Positions 38,760 to 50,749 of a stretch of DNA of 64,000 bases are shown here, one piece after another. Below the pieces are notes generated by a model. The model did no database searches. It worked only from the letters and a program-made list of their open reading frames with translations, and was not told the origin of the DNA. Source of the DNA: Octopus bimaculoides (Eukaryota). The stretch's first letter is position 1. Each line of letters opens with the position of its first letter. The DNA lies in assembly GCF_001194135.2 (NCBI RefSeq), contig NC_068985.1, forward strand, positions 55,247,557 to 55,311,556. The letters are read 5' to 3'. Made by a program: the position numbers and the translations under genes.

Positions 38760-40387
38760 TGCCAGGGTGAAGCACCACTGATGCTATATTTCTGGTAAGT
38801 CAGCTGCAGGAGAAATACATAGCCAAAGATAAACCTCTGTACTTGGCTTTTGTTAACTTGGAGAAAGCTTTTGACAGGGTCCCCTGATCTCTTATCTGGT
38901 GGTTAATGTGGAAACTAGGGATAGACGAGTGGCTGATGAGAGCTGTACAGAGACACTACCAGTAAGGTGAGGGTTGGCAATGAGTACAGCAAATAATTCA
39001 GGGTACAAATAGGGGTTCACCTAGGATCAATCTTCAGCCCCCTCTTCTTCATCATAGTCCTCCAGGCAATAACAGAGGAATTTAATACAGGCTTCCCTGG
39101 GAGCTCCTCTATGCTGATGACCTTGTTCTTATAGCTGAATCACTACCAGAACTACAGAAGTAGTTCCAGGTATAGAAGCAAGGTTTAGAATCGAAGGACC
39201 TTAGCAAAAACCAAAATCTTAGTAAATAGGAAGGCAGACAAATCACAAATCTCTTCAGGTAGATGGCCCTGCTCAATTTGTAGAAAAGGCGTGGGTAGAA
39301 ACTCCATGAGATGCACCCTGTGTAAGATTCAAACACATAAGAGATGCAGCAATACCAGAGGAATGTTAACAGGGAAAACAGCTTTTGTCTGTGGAAGATG
39401 CACAAGTACAATAAAAACCGAAAATGTACAGAAAATCGACTTCACCAAATGTCAGTGGGGTAAGCTAGAGGTAGTACATAGCTTCCGTTATCGAGGTAAC
39501 CAAGTTAGTAGTGGAGGTGGATGCTCTGAGAGTGTAGTTGTGAGAATAAGATTAGGCTGGGCAAAGTTCAGAAAGCTCCTACTCTTGCTGGCAACAAAGG
39601 ACTTCTCTCTCAGAGTGAAAGGCAGATTGTATGATGCCTGTATACAAACAGCTATGCCATACGGCAGTGAAATATGGGCTGTAACAGCCAAGGACATGCG
39701 TAGGCTTGAAAGAAATGAAGCCAGTATACTTTGCTGGTTGTACAATGTCAGTATGTCTGTTCGACAGTGTGTAAACATCTTGAGAGAAAAGTTGGGCATA
39801 AGAGGCATCAGATGTGGTGTGCAAGAGAAACGACTGTGCTGGTATGGTCATGTAATGCGGATGGACAAGAACAGCTGTGTAAAAAAGTGCCAATCTCTAA
39901 CTGTAGAGGTAACCTGTGGTAGAGGTAGACCCAGGAAGATATGGGACGAAGTGATGAAGCATGATTTTCTAACTTTGGGCCTCACAGAGGCAATTACTAG
40001 TGACCAAGACTTTTGGTGATATGCTGTGCTTGAGAAGACCCATCAAGCCAAGTGAAATTGTAGTCGTGGCTGATGCTAGTGTCACATAACTGGCACCCAT
40101 ACCAGTGGCACATAAAAAGTACCTTTTGAGCGTTGGGCGTCACAGAGGCAATGACTGACACCTTTGTGCTTAAGCAGAAGACCCATCAAGCCAAGTAAAA
40201 TCGCAGTCATGGCAGATACTGGTGTCATGTAAAAGCACCCACTACCCTCTCGGAGTGGTTGGCATTAGGAAGGGCTGTAATAACCATATCAAATCAGACT
40301 GGAGTCTGGTGCAGCCTTCCAGTTTGCCATCCCTGGTCAAACCATCCAACCCATGCCAGCATGGACAAGGGACGCTAAATGATGATG
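38760..40387 (+). mobile_element. Decayed RTE-clade LINE, RT and 3' tail
   Basis: STTDAIF, LEKAFDRVP, ELLYADDLVL, GRLYDAC..YGSEIW, RL.WYGHVMR and RGRPRKIW motifs with stops and frameshifts, followed by a tail ending in (GAT)n. Confidence 0.92.
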
Positions 40388-41937
40388 CAATATATGTGTG
40401 TGTGTGTGTGTGTACGTATGTATGGGTATCTTTTATCTTCTACTTGCTTCAATCATTGAACTGCAACCATGCAGGAGCATTGCTTGAAGAGTTTTAGTCG
40501 GACAACTCATCCCAGCACAAGTCTGTTTATTCTATCAGCTTGTTTTACTGAACTGCTAAGTGATGGGAGCATAAACAAACCAACACCAGTTGTCAAGCGG
40601 TGGCAGAGGAACACACACATACATGTATGTATGTATATATGCATCTGTATGTGTTTGTAAATGCATGTATGTATTTATGCATATAGACATTTGTGTATTA
40701 TTTATTTTTACTTCTGGATTTATATGCTAGGTATTATGCGCATTTTCCTCCTGTTCCCCAGAGGTCTCTTTATCTGACATGTGATCATGCCTTCAGTATG
40801 TTCTATGATAAATACAAAATCTATCATGCTATATATTGATAATATTATTGATGTAACTGTGCTTGATGTTATTACTGTTACCATCACAGCAACATATGTA
40901 TCTTAATGAGTAATAGTTGGCATGGGGAATGTAGAAGATTTCAATACAAGGTCAGAGGTGGGCTTAACTTCAACATGGAAAACACAAACAATGCTGGGCC
41001 TAACAGCTAGTATATATATATATATATATATATACATGCATACATACACACACACACACACATATGTATGCATATGCGTATATGTAGGTGTACGCATATA
41101 TGTAGGCATATGTGCGTACGTGTATTTGCAGGTATATGTGCATACGCGTATACGTAGGCATACGTGCGTACGCATATATGTAATGTCGGCATGCATGCAT
41201 GCGTGCGTACGCATGTGTGGGTGACTTGTGACATCATGGCCAATTAAATCTTGTTAACCCTCAGTGTGTTTTCATTCTTCAGTGATGCCTAATTTTGATG
41301 GTCGACCCACATCTTGTGGTATTGTTTTCTCCGAACCAAACTTTTAATCACCTGAAGAAAACGGTTTTTTCATGATGTAACTGAACGATTCATCAATAAA
41401 CATGTCTGAAACAGCTGTAGTGAACCTTAACCCATTTGTGTTATTATTTCATGTGAACACCATACCTGGAACCTTTGTTGTTGCTGGAACCTATGTTGGA
41501 TCTGGATCTTGCATTGGATCATGAACCTACATGCATCGGTGTATATTTGCATGTATATGTGTATTTATGTGTGCATATACAAGTATAAGTGTATGGATAT
41601 GTCCTGTATATGCACATGTATGTACAATATCTTTGTATGTGGTATATACATGTACTAAACTCAACCCTTTCCTGGTGTCCTGAATGTTAAAATACCTTGA
41701 TTCAAATGAATCCTACAATGAATTATATACACATATATCTTCATATATATATATACACACGCACACACAAATGGACCTTCATATAGTTCCCATCTACCAA
41801 ATTCACTCACAAGGCATTGGCTGGTCCAAGGCTATAGTAGAATATACTTACCTGACTGAACCTGGAACCATATGGTTGTAAAGGGTAAAGTGGGCATCTT
41901 AACCACACACCTATACCTGTATATGTATATTTTTCAG

Positions 41938-42071
41938 AGCTGCCAGTGGCCAGATGGTTGACGTGACACCTGAAGTAAAGAAAACTTTGGATGAGGAACT
42001 TAACAAAGTAAGCCGAGTATATAATGTTGAAGGACAAGATATGACACAGTTCCCAACTTTCACTTGGACTG
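41938..42071 (+). CDS. ATP5PF: ATP5PF second coding exon: (K)AASGQMVDVTPEVKKTLDEELNKVSRVYNVEGQDMTQFPTFTWT
   Basis: Acceptor atatttttcag|, donor G|gttagt. The 134-nt exon is phase-compatible (2 in, 1 out) with both neighbours. DMTQFPTF matches the F6 motif DMNTFPTF. Confidence 0.96.
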
Positions 42072-44221
42072 GTTAGTATATATATTCTCATTTTTTTTCT
42101 TCTTATATATCGAAACAGTTAAACATGACTTTGCTGTTATTTTTGTCGTTCCCAGCTACTGTATTTGTCGGGGTATTAACCGCACTTTTTTCCGACTGGA
42201 AAATCCAAGAAGGGTAAGGATTCGGTTTATACATGGGTACAAGGAAAAGTCAGTCTAAAAGCCGAACATTATTTCATGTAATTATCCAAGACTAGCAGTA
42301 TAACCCGACGTTGTCCGGGTGTGACTTATTACGCCATCTACGATAAGTCTTGCTAGGTGAAAATCAACTGAAAAAGAAAGCCTTACAATGAAAAAACCCT
42401 TATGATGTAAATATGTTCATAATAATTCAAAAGACGAAATTAATAGGGGAAGTCTGAAGGCTGTTTTGTGTAACATTATTAAGTGTATGTAAATTTCATC
42501 TGTCTAATTGGCTATACAAATGCTTGTGCAAAACAACTTTTTGCGCTGCCTTGATTACACATAGCAGGGTAATTCCTTTTCGCAGGAGGTAGGACAGCAA
42601 TTTCTGATGAAGCAATTGCTGGCGATCTGTTGCTACACAGTTCTGCCAGAATTCTATCAGATTGGGCAGTAGANNNNNNNNNNNNNNNNNNNNNNNNNNN
42701 NNNNNNNNNNNNNNNNNNNNNNNNNNNNNNNNNNNNNNNNNNNNNNNNNNNNNNNNNNNNNNNNNNNNNNNNNNNNNNNNNNNNNNNNNNNNNNNNNNNN
42801 NNNNNNNNNNNNNNNNNNNNNNNNNNNNNNNNNNNNNNNNNNNNNNNNNNNNNNNNNNNNNNNNNNNNNNNNNNNNNNNNNNNNNNNNNNNNNNNNNNNN
42901 NNNNNNNNNNNNNNNNNNNNNNNNNNNNNNNNNNNNNNNNNNNNNNNNNNNNNNNNNNNNNNNNNNNNNNNNNNNNNNNNNNNNNNNNNNNNNNNNNNNN
43001 NNNNNNNNNNNNNNNNNNNNNNNNNNNNNNNNNNNNNNNNNNNNNNNNNNNNNNNNNNNNNNNNNNNNNNNNNNNNNNNNNNNNNNNNNNNNNNNNNNNN
43101 NNNNNNNNNNNNNNNNNNNNNNNNNNNNNNNNNNNNNNNNNNNNNNNNNNNNNNNNNNNNNNNNNNNNNNNNNNNNNNNNNNNNNNNNNNNNNNNNNNNN
43201 NNNNNNNNNNNNNNNNNNNNNNNNNNNNNNNNNNNNNNNNNNNNNNNNNNNNNNNNNNNNNNNNNNNNNNNNNNNNNNNNNNNNNNNNNNNNNNNNNNNN
43301 NNNNNNNNNNNNNNNNNNNNNNNNNNNNNNNNNNNNNNNNNNNNNNNNNNNNNNNNNNNNNNNNNNNNNNNNNNNNNNNNNNNNNNNNNNNNNNNNNNNN
43401 NNNNNNNNNNNNNNNNNNNNNNNNNNNNNNNNNNNNNNNNNNNNNNNNNNNNNNNNNNNNNNNNNNNNNNNNNNNNNNNNNNNNNNNNNNNNNNNNNNNN
43501 NNNNNNNNNNNNNNNNNNNNNNNNNNNNNNNNNNNNNNNNNNNNNNNNNNNNNNNNNNNNNNNNNTAAATAAAAAAGATGTTAGTAATTAAAAGTGTTTT
43601 AAAAAAGATTGTTAAATTTTCAGATTAACACCCGTACGATTTTCACTACAGTGTTAGGGTTAGGTAGGTAATGATGTGGGTGTTAATCTCAAGATTTACG
43701 AAAAGATTTTCAAAAAAAACTCACAGTTTGTAGGGAATAAATGTTTGTTGATCGTATTTGAGAAAGATGTCTCACTGGTAAATGACGGTGTTAGAAATGG
43801 AAAGTAAACTTATAATTCCCGACAATTAGAATGAGGTCATTGGTAACCATAGGTACATATATATGTGTGTATTTACGTATGATTGGCAGTATGTCTGTTT
43901 ATTTGACTCTCACTCTCCTTCATTTCTTTGTCTTTTTTCTTGGATCATTCGTAAACGATGTTTAAGAGGAATAGAAATGTTAATTTTAGAGGGGCAAAGT
44001 AATTTTGTATGTACTAAAAGTACCTGTCATTACAGTATCGAAATGTGATTTGATACTGAAATAGTTTTCTTTTTCTCCTTCCTTTATTTTTGTATTTGTT
44101 GTTGGATTTTCCTTAAAGGCTCATAAGAGAAAGTAGGAGTTGAAAGGATTTGTATTAGAAAGAGGAAATTAGATTTTATTAGGGAGAAAATGTTTACTGT
44201 GTAGTTTTAAGGATTTTATTC

Positions 44222-44412
44222 GCTGACACGTAAAAGCACCCACTACACTCTCTGAGTGGTTGGCGTTAGGAAGGGCATCCAGCTGTAGAAACTCTGCCAA
44301 ATTAGATTGGAGCCTGGTGTAGCCATCCGGTTGCACCAGTCCTCAGTCAAATCGTCCAACCCATGCTAGCATGGAAAGCGGACGTTAAACGATGATGATG
44401 ATGATGATGATT
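44222..44412 (+). mobile_element. Young RTE-tail/SINE 3' unit ending in (GAT)n
   Basis: Near-identical reverse-complement copies at 21105-21285 and 34150-34433; older copies at 23380-23660, 37020-37330, 48890-49200 and 58770-59030. Confidence 0.85.
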
Positions 44413-45264
44413 AGGAATTTTTTGGAGTGAAAAAATGATGCAGTGACCTAACTTATTGTATTTAGAATATTAATTGCGATTGTTTAATCGAAGAAATTTG
44501 GAATTGTGTAAATGTATGAATTTTAAACATACACACAGAGAAAATCTGCCTTTTATAGTATAGATTCATGTGGTACTAGCACCCCCTACAATTCTTGCTG
44601 TTAAAACTAGTAAAAAAAAAAAGAACTTTTTAATTATTCTTATTTCATCATCCATTTTGTCTGTCATACGCTCTTATAACATTATGCATTTCAAGCCAAC
44701 ATGCGCCAGTCTCATCTCAATCTCAGCCTCTGCTTTGATGGTTCCACCGCCCTGTAGAAAAGTAGTGAGAATTTCTGTATAGACTTACCTTTTGTCCGAC
44801 AAATGCACTATGGTTGACAGCTGATTGCAATTTCCACTCACCCTCTGATTTACCACGAGTTCTGTAATCCCCGGGTCTACAACGTAAACAACTATTGTTC
44901 TGTGACCTGGATGTATGACTTATCTCACCACATAGGGAAACGAGAGAGAGGGAGAGCTGTGATTATTCTTGAATGTGATTGATGAAATGTATTTCATATA
45001 AGGGGAGATAAGTGCATTTATTCAGAATCATCTTGAACTGGGAAAGGTAAGTTTCATGCCATCACCAATGCTACAAAGGAACACAAATCAATCAAGTCAA
45101 CTTGAATTTCATTACTGTACCTTAAAGTACTGGTAATTGCATTGGTTTGTTTGTACATAAAGAAAACTAATGATCAAAGGAAGCTTTCAAGCTATATCCT
45201 ATTGTTTGGACCATAATTAGCTTTACGGGACTCATCTACTTCGCTCTTCAAGTTCAATGACAGT

Positions 45265-45688
45265 CAAGTCATCAAGCCAAGACAAGCATGCACAGCCGCC
45301 TTCAAACTCTCTTTTGTCTGCCGTCACTTCAGGGTTGATGAATCTGTTGCCTGACGATGGCACTCCAATAAGGCCACAATCGAGTCGATGCCCAAAAAGA
45401 AGGCGATGAAGGGCAAGACGGAAAAGTGGCCAGAATTGGGATGTTCTCTTATCTTTTGCATTTAAAACCTGGACTTGATCTTCTTCCATTAATAATTATG
45501 AATATCAATGATTGCAGTCGGAAATGTTTGTTAAGTATGAAATCATCATGAAATTGAAGTTTGTAAGCATCCCACATTTCTTCTTTTTTATTAGCCACAG
45601 TTATTTATCAGTTTCCCCCACCTTTTCCCCCCCCCCCCGTAGTGGACCAAAAATCGGGGGTGTGGCTTATACACCAGCAAATACGATA
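45265..45688 (+). mobile_element. pogo-family remnant (N-terminal DNA-binding region plus right terminus)
   Basis: Reads RQACTAAFKL...RHFRVDESVA*RW...MPKKKAMKGKTEKWPEL. The end ggcttatacaccagcaaatacgata resembles pogo-type TIRs. Confidence 0.6.
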
Positions 45689-46099
45689 TTTTTATTCATT
45701 CCCACTCACTTTTTGGTAACACTGACTTTTGTTTGAATCTTACGAAGGAGATGACAGAGGACTGAGATATGTGGTGCATTGCTGTACTTAAGAAAACCCA
45801 CCCACCACAACAGAATTGAGATCCTAAAACCAGGGTGCCACAGAAAAAACATTGGTGTGGGTGGTGATGTCACATAAAAAGCACCCTGTACACTTTGTGG
45901 AGTGGTTGGCATTAGGAAGGGCTTCCAGTTGTAGAAACCAAGCCAAGACAGACTATGGAACCTGGTGTATCCCCTGGCCATGCCAGTTCCTGTCAAGCTG
46001 TGCAACTCAAGGAAAACAGGTGTTAAATGTCAATGATGATGATAGCATGGGTTATGAGAAGTCATTACCCACTTGTTATTTAGTATATTAACTATTGTA

Positions 46100-46330
46100 A
46101 AGGCGCATGGCTTAGTGGTTAGGGGTATTCAGCTCACAGTCATAAGGTTGTAAGTTCAATTACTGGTGGCACGTTGTGTCTTTGAGCAAGATGCTTTATT
46201 TCATGTTGCTCCAGTCCACTCAGCTTGCAAAAATGAGTAGTACCTGTATTTCAAAGGACCAGCTTTGTCACATTCCATGTCATACTGAATGTCCCTCAGA
46301 ACTATGCTAAAGGTACGTGTGTCTGTGGAG
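46100..46330 (+). mobile_element. Third tRNA-derived SINE type
   Basis: ggcgcatggcttagtggttagg (A box) ... gtaagttcaatt (B box), followed by a tgtgtctttgagcaag...gctccagtccactcagct body. Confidence 0.7.
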
Positions 46331-46778
46331 CTCAAAGAATCTCGAAAAATTCTCCCATCATAGCAGCACATTAACTAACTTGGAATTTTTACAGATTTTA
46401 ATTGAAATCACTTTAAAACGAGTATCTATAAATAGAACACGGTTGATCTCGGTTGAGTTGGTATCACAATGGTTTATCTATTGTTAACACTGGTGTGTAG
46501 ATGTACTCTATAGATATATTAAACTTTCTTTTCCTAAGATATCTTATGAAGGACAAGGCCATACTTAATGGTTGTGTATAAGTGAATTATATGCAACCCT
46601 AGTACTTTTCCAGTAATTAAGTTCATTTTGCACCCACACAGTTTTGGGTTCAGTCTCACTCTGCAACACCTTGAGCTAGGATTTCTATTATAGCCCCACC
46701 TTGTGAGTGAATTTGGAGGATGGAAATTTGTTTAGAAGTGTGGAGTGTGTGTGTGTGTGTATATTATATATATACATA

Positions 46779-47682
46779 TTGAGTCCTCCCATAAATATCA
46801 TGGTGTTTTCAATTGCATGAAAAGTCAGAGTGGGGTGGGATAAACTACCTGCATCAACTTGTGATAAAAGTAGGTATAATTTTACCTTGTCCTTATTCTT
46901 AGTGCAAATTTTGAAGAGTGCATTTCGATTTTAACAGTTATTTTTTCAAAGCTTTAATGGAGCATATTGGGCATATTTTGCTTTATGAATTCAGTAAAGG
47001 CAACAACACAATGGAAAGTGTGAGGAATCTTAATGCAGTATATGACGATCAGACAATAAGCATAAGCCAGTGTTAACAGTGGTTCCAGAAATTCTGAGCC
47101 AGAAACAACAGCCTAGAAGATGAACCTCATCCTGGAGGATCTGTAGAGCTTGACGGGACATCCTGCAGACCCTGGTGGAACAAAATCCCATTGTAACTGT
47201 TAAGGAACGAGCAGAGAAGCTGGAATTTGATTATTCAACCATTCATTGACATCAGTGCTAGAAGAAAAACGACCATCTATGGTTTCAAGATGAAAGGTGT
47301 TCTTCTATCAAGATAATGCTTGGCTACATACTGTGAAGATGACATTCCAAAGGCTGGAGCAGTTTGAATGGGAAATGATGCCCCACCCTCCATATTTACC
47401 AGACATTGTCCCATCTGATTATCATTTATTCCACAGTCTTCAAAATCATTTGGACAAAAAAGATATGAATTCTGTAGACGAGGTCAGAACAGTAGTGGAG
47501 CAGTATTTTTCATCATGGACAAGTGAATTTTGGAAGTGGGGCCTTGCAAGTCTACCAGATAGATGGAAGAGCATTGTAGAAAATGAAGGAGAGTATATTT
47601 TAGATTGAAAAAGAAATGGTTTTCTTAATTTAAAAAAATAAAATAACTATAAAAAAACAGTATTGTTTATGGGATGACTTAA
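46779..47682 (+). mobile_element. Internally deleted mariner (D,D34D-type) element
   Basis: TA|TTGAGTCCTCCCATAA and TTATGGGATGACTTAA|TA termini. Contains an HTH region (HILLYEFSKG, QWFQKF) and the C-terminus HPPYLPDIVPSDYHLFHSLQNHL...RWKSIVENEGEYILD. Confidence 0.92.
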
Positions 47683-49199
47683 TATGTATGTGTGTGAATG
47701 TTGACATTCTTTGGCTTCACTTTGTTACTGTCTGAGGGCAACAGTGATATAATGTTTACATTCTTTGTTGACATTCTGACAGTTATCTTGTACTTTCAAA
47801 GACCTGTGAAATAAAAAAAAAATTAAATGGGTATGGGTTGGCAATGGGAAGAACATTCAACTGTAAAATCATTTGAAGTCCCTATCCAACCGTTTCTTGC
47901 ATGATAAAATGGACATTAAATAAACACACAAATGTATTGACATAAAATATGATGTGGTCTATATTTTTTATTTTGTTTTTTGTACACATTCCACTAGTTT
48001 TCCTGGTTGTAACTGAGATGTTGCATTAGTTGGCCATTGATCTATTTGACGTAAGAGACTGTCACCTTAAATTGTGTCCCATGTGAGCCGTTTCCATTAA
48101 AAGGAGGCTGGTTTATTGGAAGTAGAATTTAAACTCATAACACAAAATACTGCAGCAGATATCACAAAGTATCTTGTCCATTTCTCTAACAGTTCTGCCA
48201 ATCTACTGCCTTGGATTGGTACTTTTTTTAATGACCCCCAAAAGACTGGAAGGTAAAGTTGACTGTGGCAAGATTTGCAGTCAAAGTGCAAAACATTAAT
48301 AACATCAATACTGAAAAGCATTCTAACAACCTTGTCCATTCATAGCCAAAACTGAACACTGTGTGCTCAGCTGTCTGATAACATAACATCATAGTCATTA
48401 TATTGAATTGTTTCTGGAGGGAAAGCTAAACTTTATCTTTACTAATCACAGTTTGCATCTAATCAGTAGTGCGATATCACTTTCAGAGATTGAAGTGGTA
48501 TACTGCTGTAATAACTGAATACTTGTTTTGGGGATTTCTAGCAATAATGACCATTAATATGCAAGCTTGCCTTCATTTTATTCTTTTATTGGCTTCAGTC
48601 AGTTGATTGTGGCTATGCTGGAGCACTAACTTTAAATGGTTTCAATTGACTCTATCAACCTCAGTTCTATGATATTTATTTTATTATTTTTGTAAGACAG
48701 AACATGCAAAATAAACACTGGAATATGAGGAGATAATTAGCATGGACATAAATAACTGCATGATATTTCTGTTTCCATGTTCCAGTTTTCACCTCATGCT
48801 AATAGAAACGTATGTATGTTGTTCCTTTCTTCCTTGGGCCCTCATCTCCTGACAGAATCATAGAGTGCAGTTGTGACATAGTATCATCATGTTCATTGTT
48901 TAATGTCCATCTTTCATGTTGGCATGGGTTGGATGGTTTGACATAGAACTGGCCAGCTGGGGGGGTTGTCCAGATTCTAATTGTCTGTTGTGGCATGGTT
49001 TCTGTAGTTGGATGTCCTTCCTAGCACCAAACCACTTTACAGAGTGTGCTGGGTACTTTTTATGTGCCACCGGCATGGGTGTATTTGCGTTGCACTGGCA
49101 TAGGTGCATTTTGTGTGGCACCTGCAAAGGACAAGCCTGTATATATGGAAGACTGATTTTACTTAGGTTGACGTGTCTTTTTAAGTACAGCAAATCACC

Positions 49200-49585
49200 A
49201 TAACTCCTAGTCCCTTGTCATTTCGTCTGAGGCTCAGCATCTGTAGATCCTTTCTCACCACTTCGTCCCATGTCTTCCTGGGTCTACCCCCCTCCACAGT
49301 TCCCCTCCACAATTAGAGCTCAGCACTTCTTTACACAGCTGTTCCCATCCATACACATCACATGACCAACCAATGCAGTCTTCTCTCTTGCACACATCTG
49401 ATGCCTCTAAAACCCAGTTTTCCTCTTAAATCATTTACACTATGTTGTGTGCACACTGACATTATCCATCCAGCATTTCTTTCAAGCCTTCACAAGTCCT
49501 CTGTAGTCAAAACCCATGTTTCACTGCCATGTAACATAGCTGTACATACACAGACATCATACAACCTGCCTTTCACTCTGAGCAT
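49200..49585 (-). mobile_element. RTE LINE 3' fragment
   Basis: Reverse complement resembles 39620-40080 (ggcaggttgtatgatg, ggtagacccaggaagacatggga). Confidence 0.75.
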
Positions 49586-50715
49586 ATTTTGAATATTTTA
49601 AACCTGGCAGAACCCCTCCATCTGAATGTCTGAACACAGCTAATTTTCTCCAGAGATAAACAGTCAACTCTGATACTGGACTGGTACCTTATTAACTCTG
49701 AAAGGATAAAAGGCAAAGTTGACTTCAGTTGGAGATTTGAACTCAGTATGTAGAGAACCAAAATGAATACTGCAAAGCATCTTAATATGATGCTCAAATG
49801 AGTCTACTAACCCACTGCCTACCTAGTGTTAGTACCACAACAAAATGTGCTTAATGTAAAGAAGTTGGTGATAGCAAGGGTAGCCAGTTGTAGAATTTTA
49901 GCCAAACTTCATCATGTTTGGGCAAGGATCATCTTGAATTTATTATCTCATTGGTTGTGGTTTCTATAATTTATGGACTTCTCAGAATTCACCAATGTGC
50001 TCCAAATATTATTTGTTGCACAACTCCAAATAAGAGCTAACCACCCATGATGACATGTGTTTGCCAAGTAAACTAATTCTTCTCAACACACCAGAACCAT
50101 TGTTTGTAATGATTATAAACTAATGTCTTTTCTTTTCTCTCTGTGAATAGAAAATAAAAATGGGGAGGAAAACCATTTTAAAAAACTTATTTGATATTCC
50201 TGAAAGACAGAATATCATTTGATTTACCCACATATATATGTATGGATAGATAGATAGATAAATGTATTTATATATATGCTAGACTGCCCGTGACCTGTTG
50301 GATCACTTGGAAAGTCTGTTTTGCAGCAATGGAGTTTTGTTCTGTGCGTTTTTTTCTCTTTTCCTGGTTATTTCACATGCTTTCAATGAATGTGACATCA
50401 AAATCACGCGTAAACGGCACCTTTCCCCAGAAAAGAAAGATTTGGCTGCTATTTCTTGTACGTCCTGGTACCACGTAACGGGTATTTCGGGTCCTTTATC
50501 GCAAATAGCTGTTACGTGGTAGCAGGGCATGCTAGAAATAGCAGCCAAATCTTTGGAGCTGAGACACGTCGAATGCACTCGAAAAAATTTTTGTAATAGT
50601 ATTCATTTGGGGCAGTCTTTTGCTTTGACCCTCAGAACTGTCATCCGGATCAACTGGTTTTGTTCAATAATTTCTGTAAAAGATTTTCATTTAAAGTGAA
50701 AGATATATGAAATGA

Positions 50716-50749
<34 letters not shown>

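Noticed and set aside
41258-41686. Possible second piggyBac derivative (TTAA|CCCTCAG end)
   Set aside because: Only one convincing terminus and a very weak translated similarity.
44680-44960. Cluster of minus-strand splice-like signals (gtgagt, gtaagt, ttttctacag)
   Set aside because: Resulting introns would be 37 or 90 nt, the peptides are short and unrecognised, and the segment lies among TE remnants.
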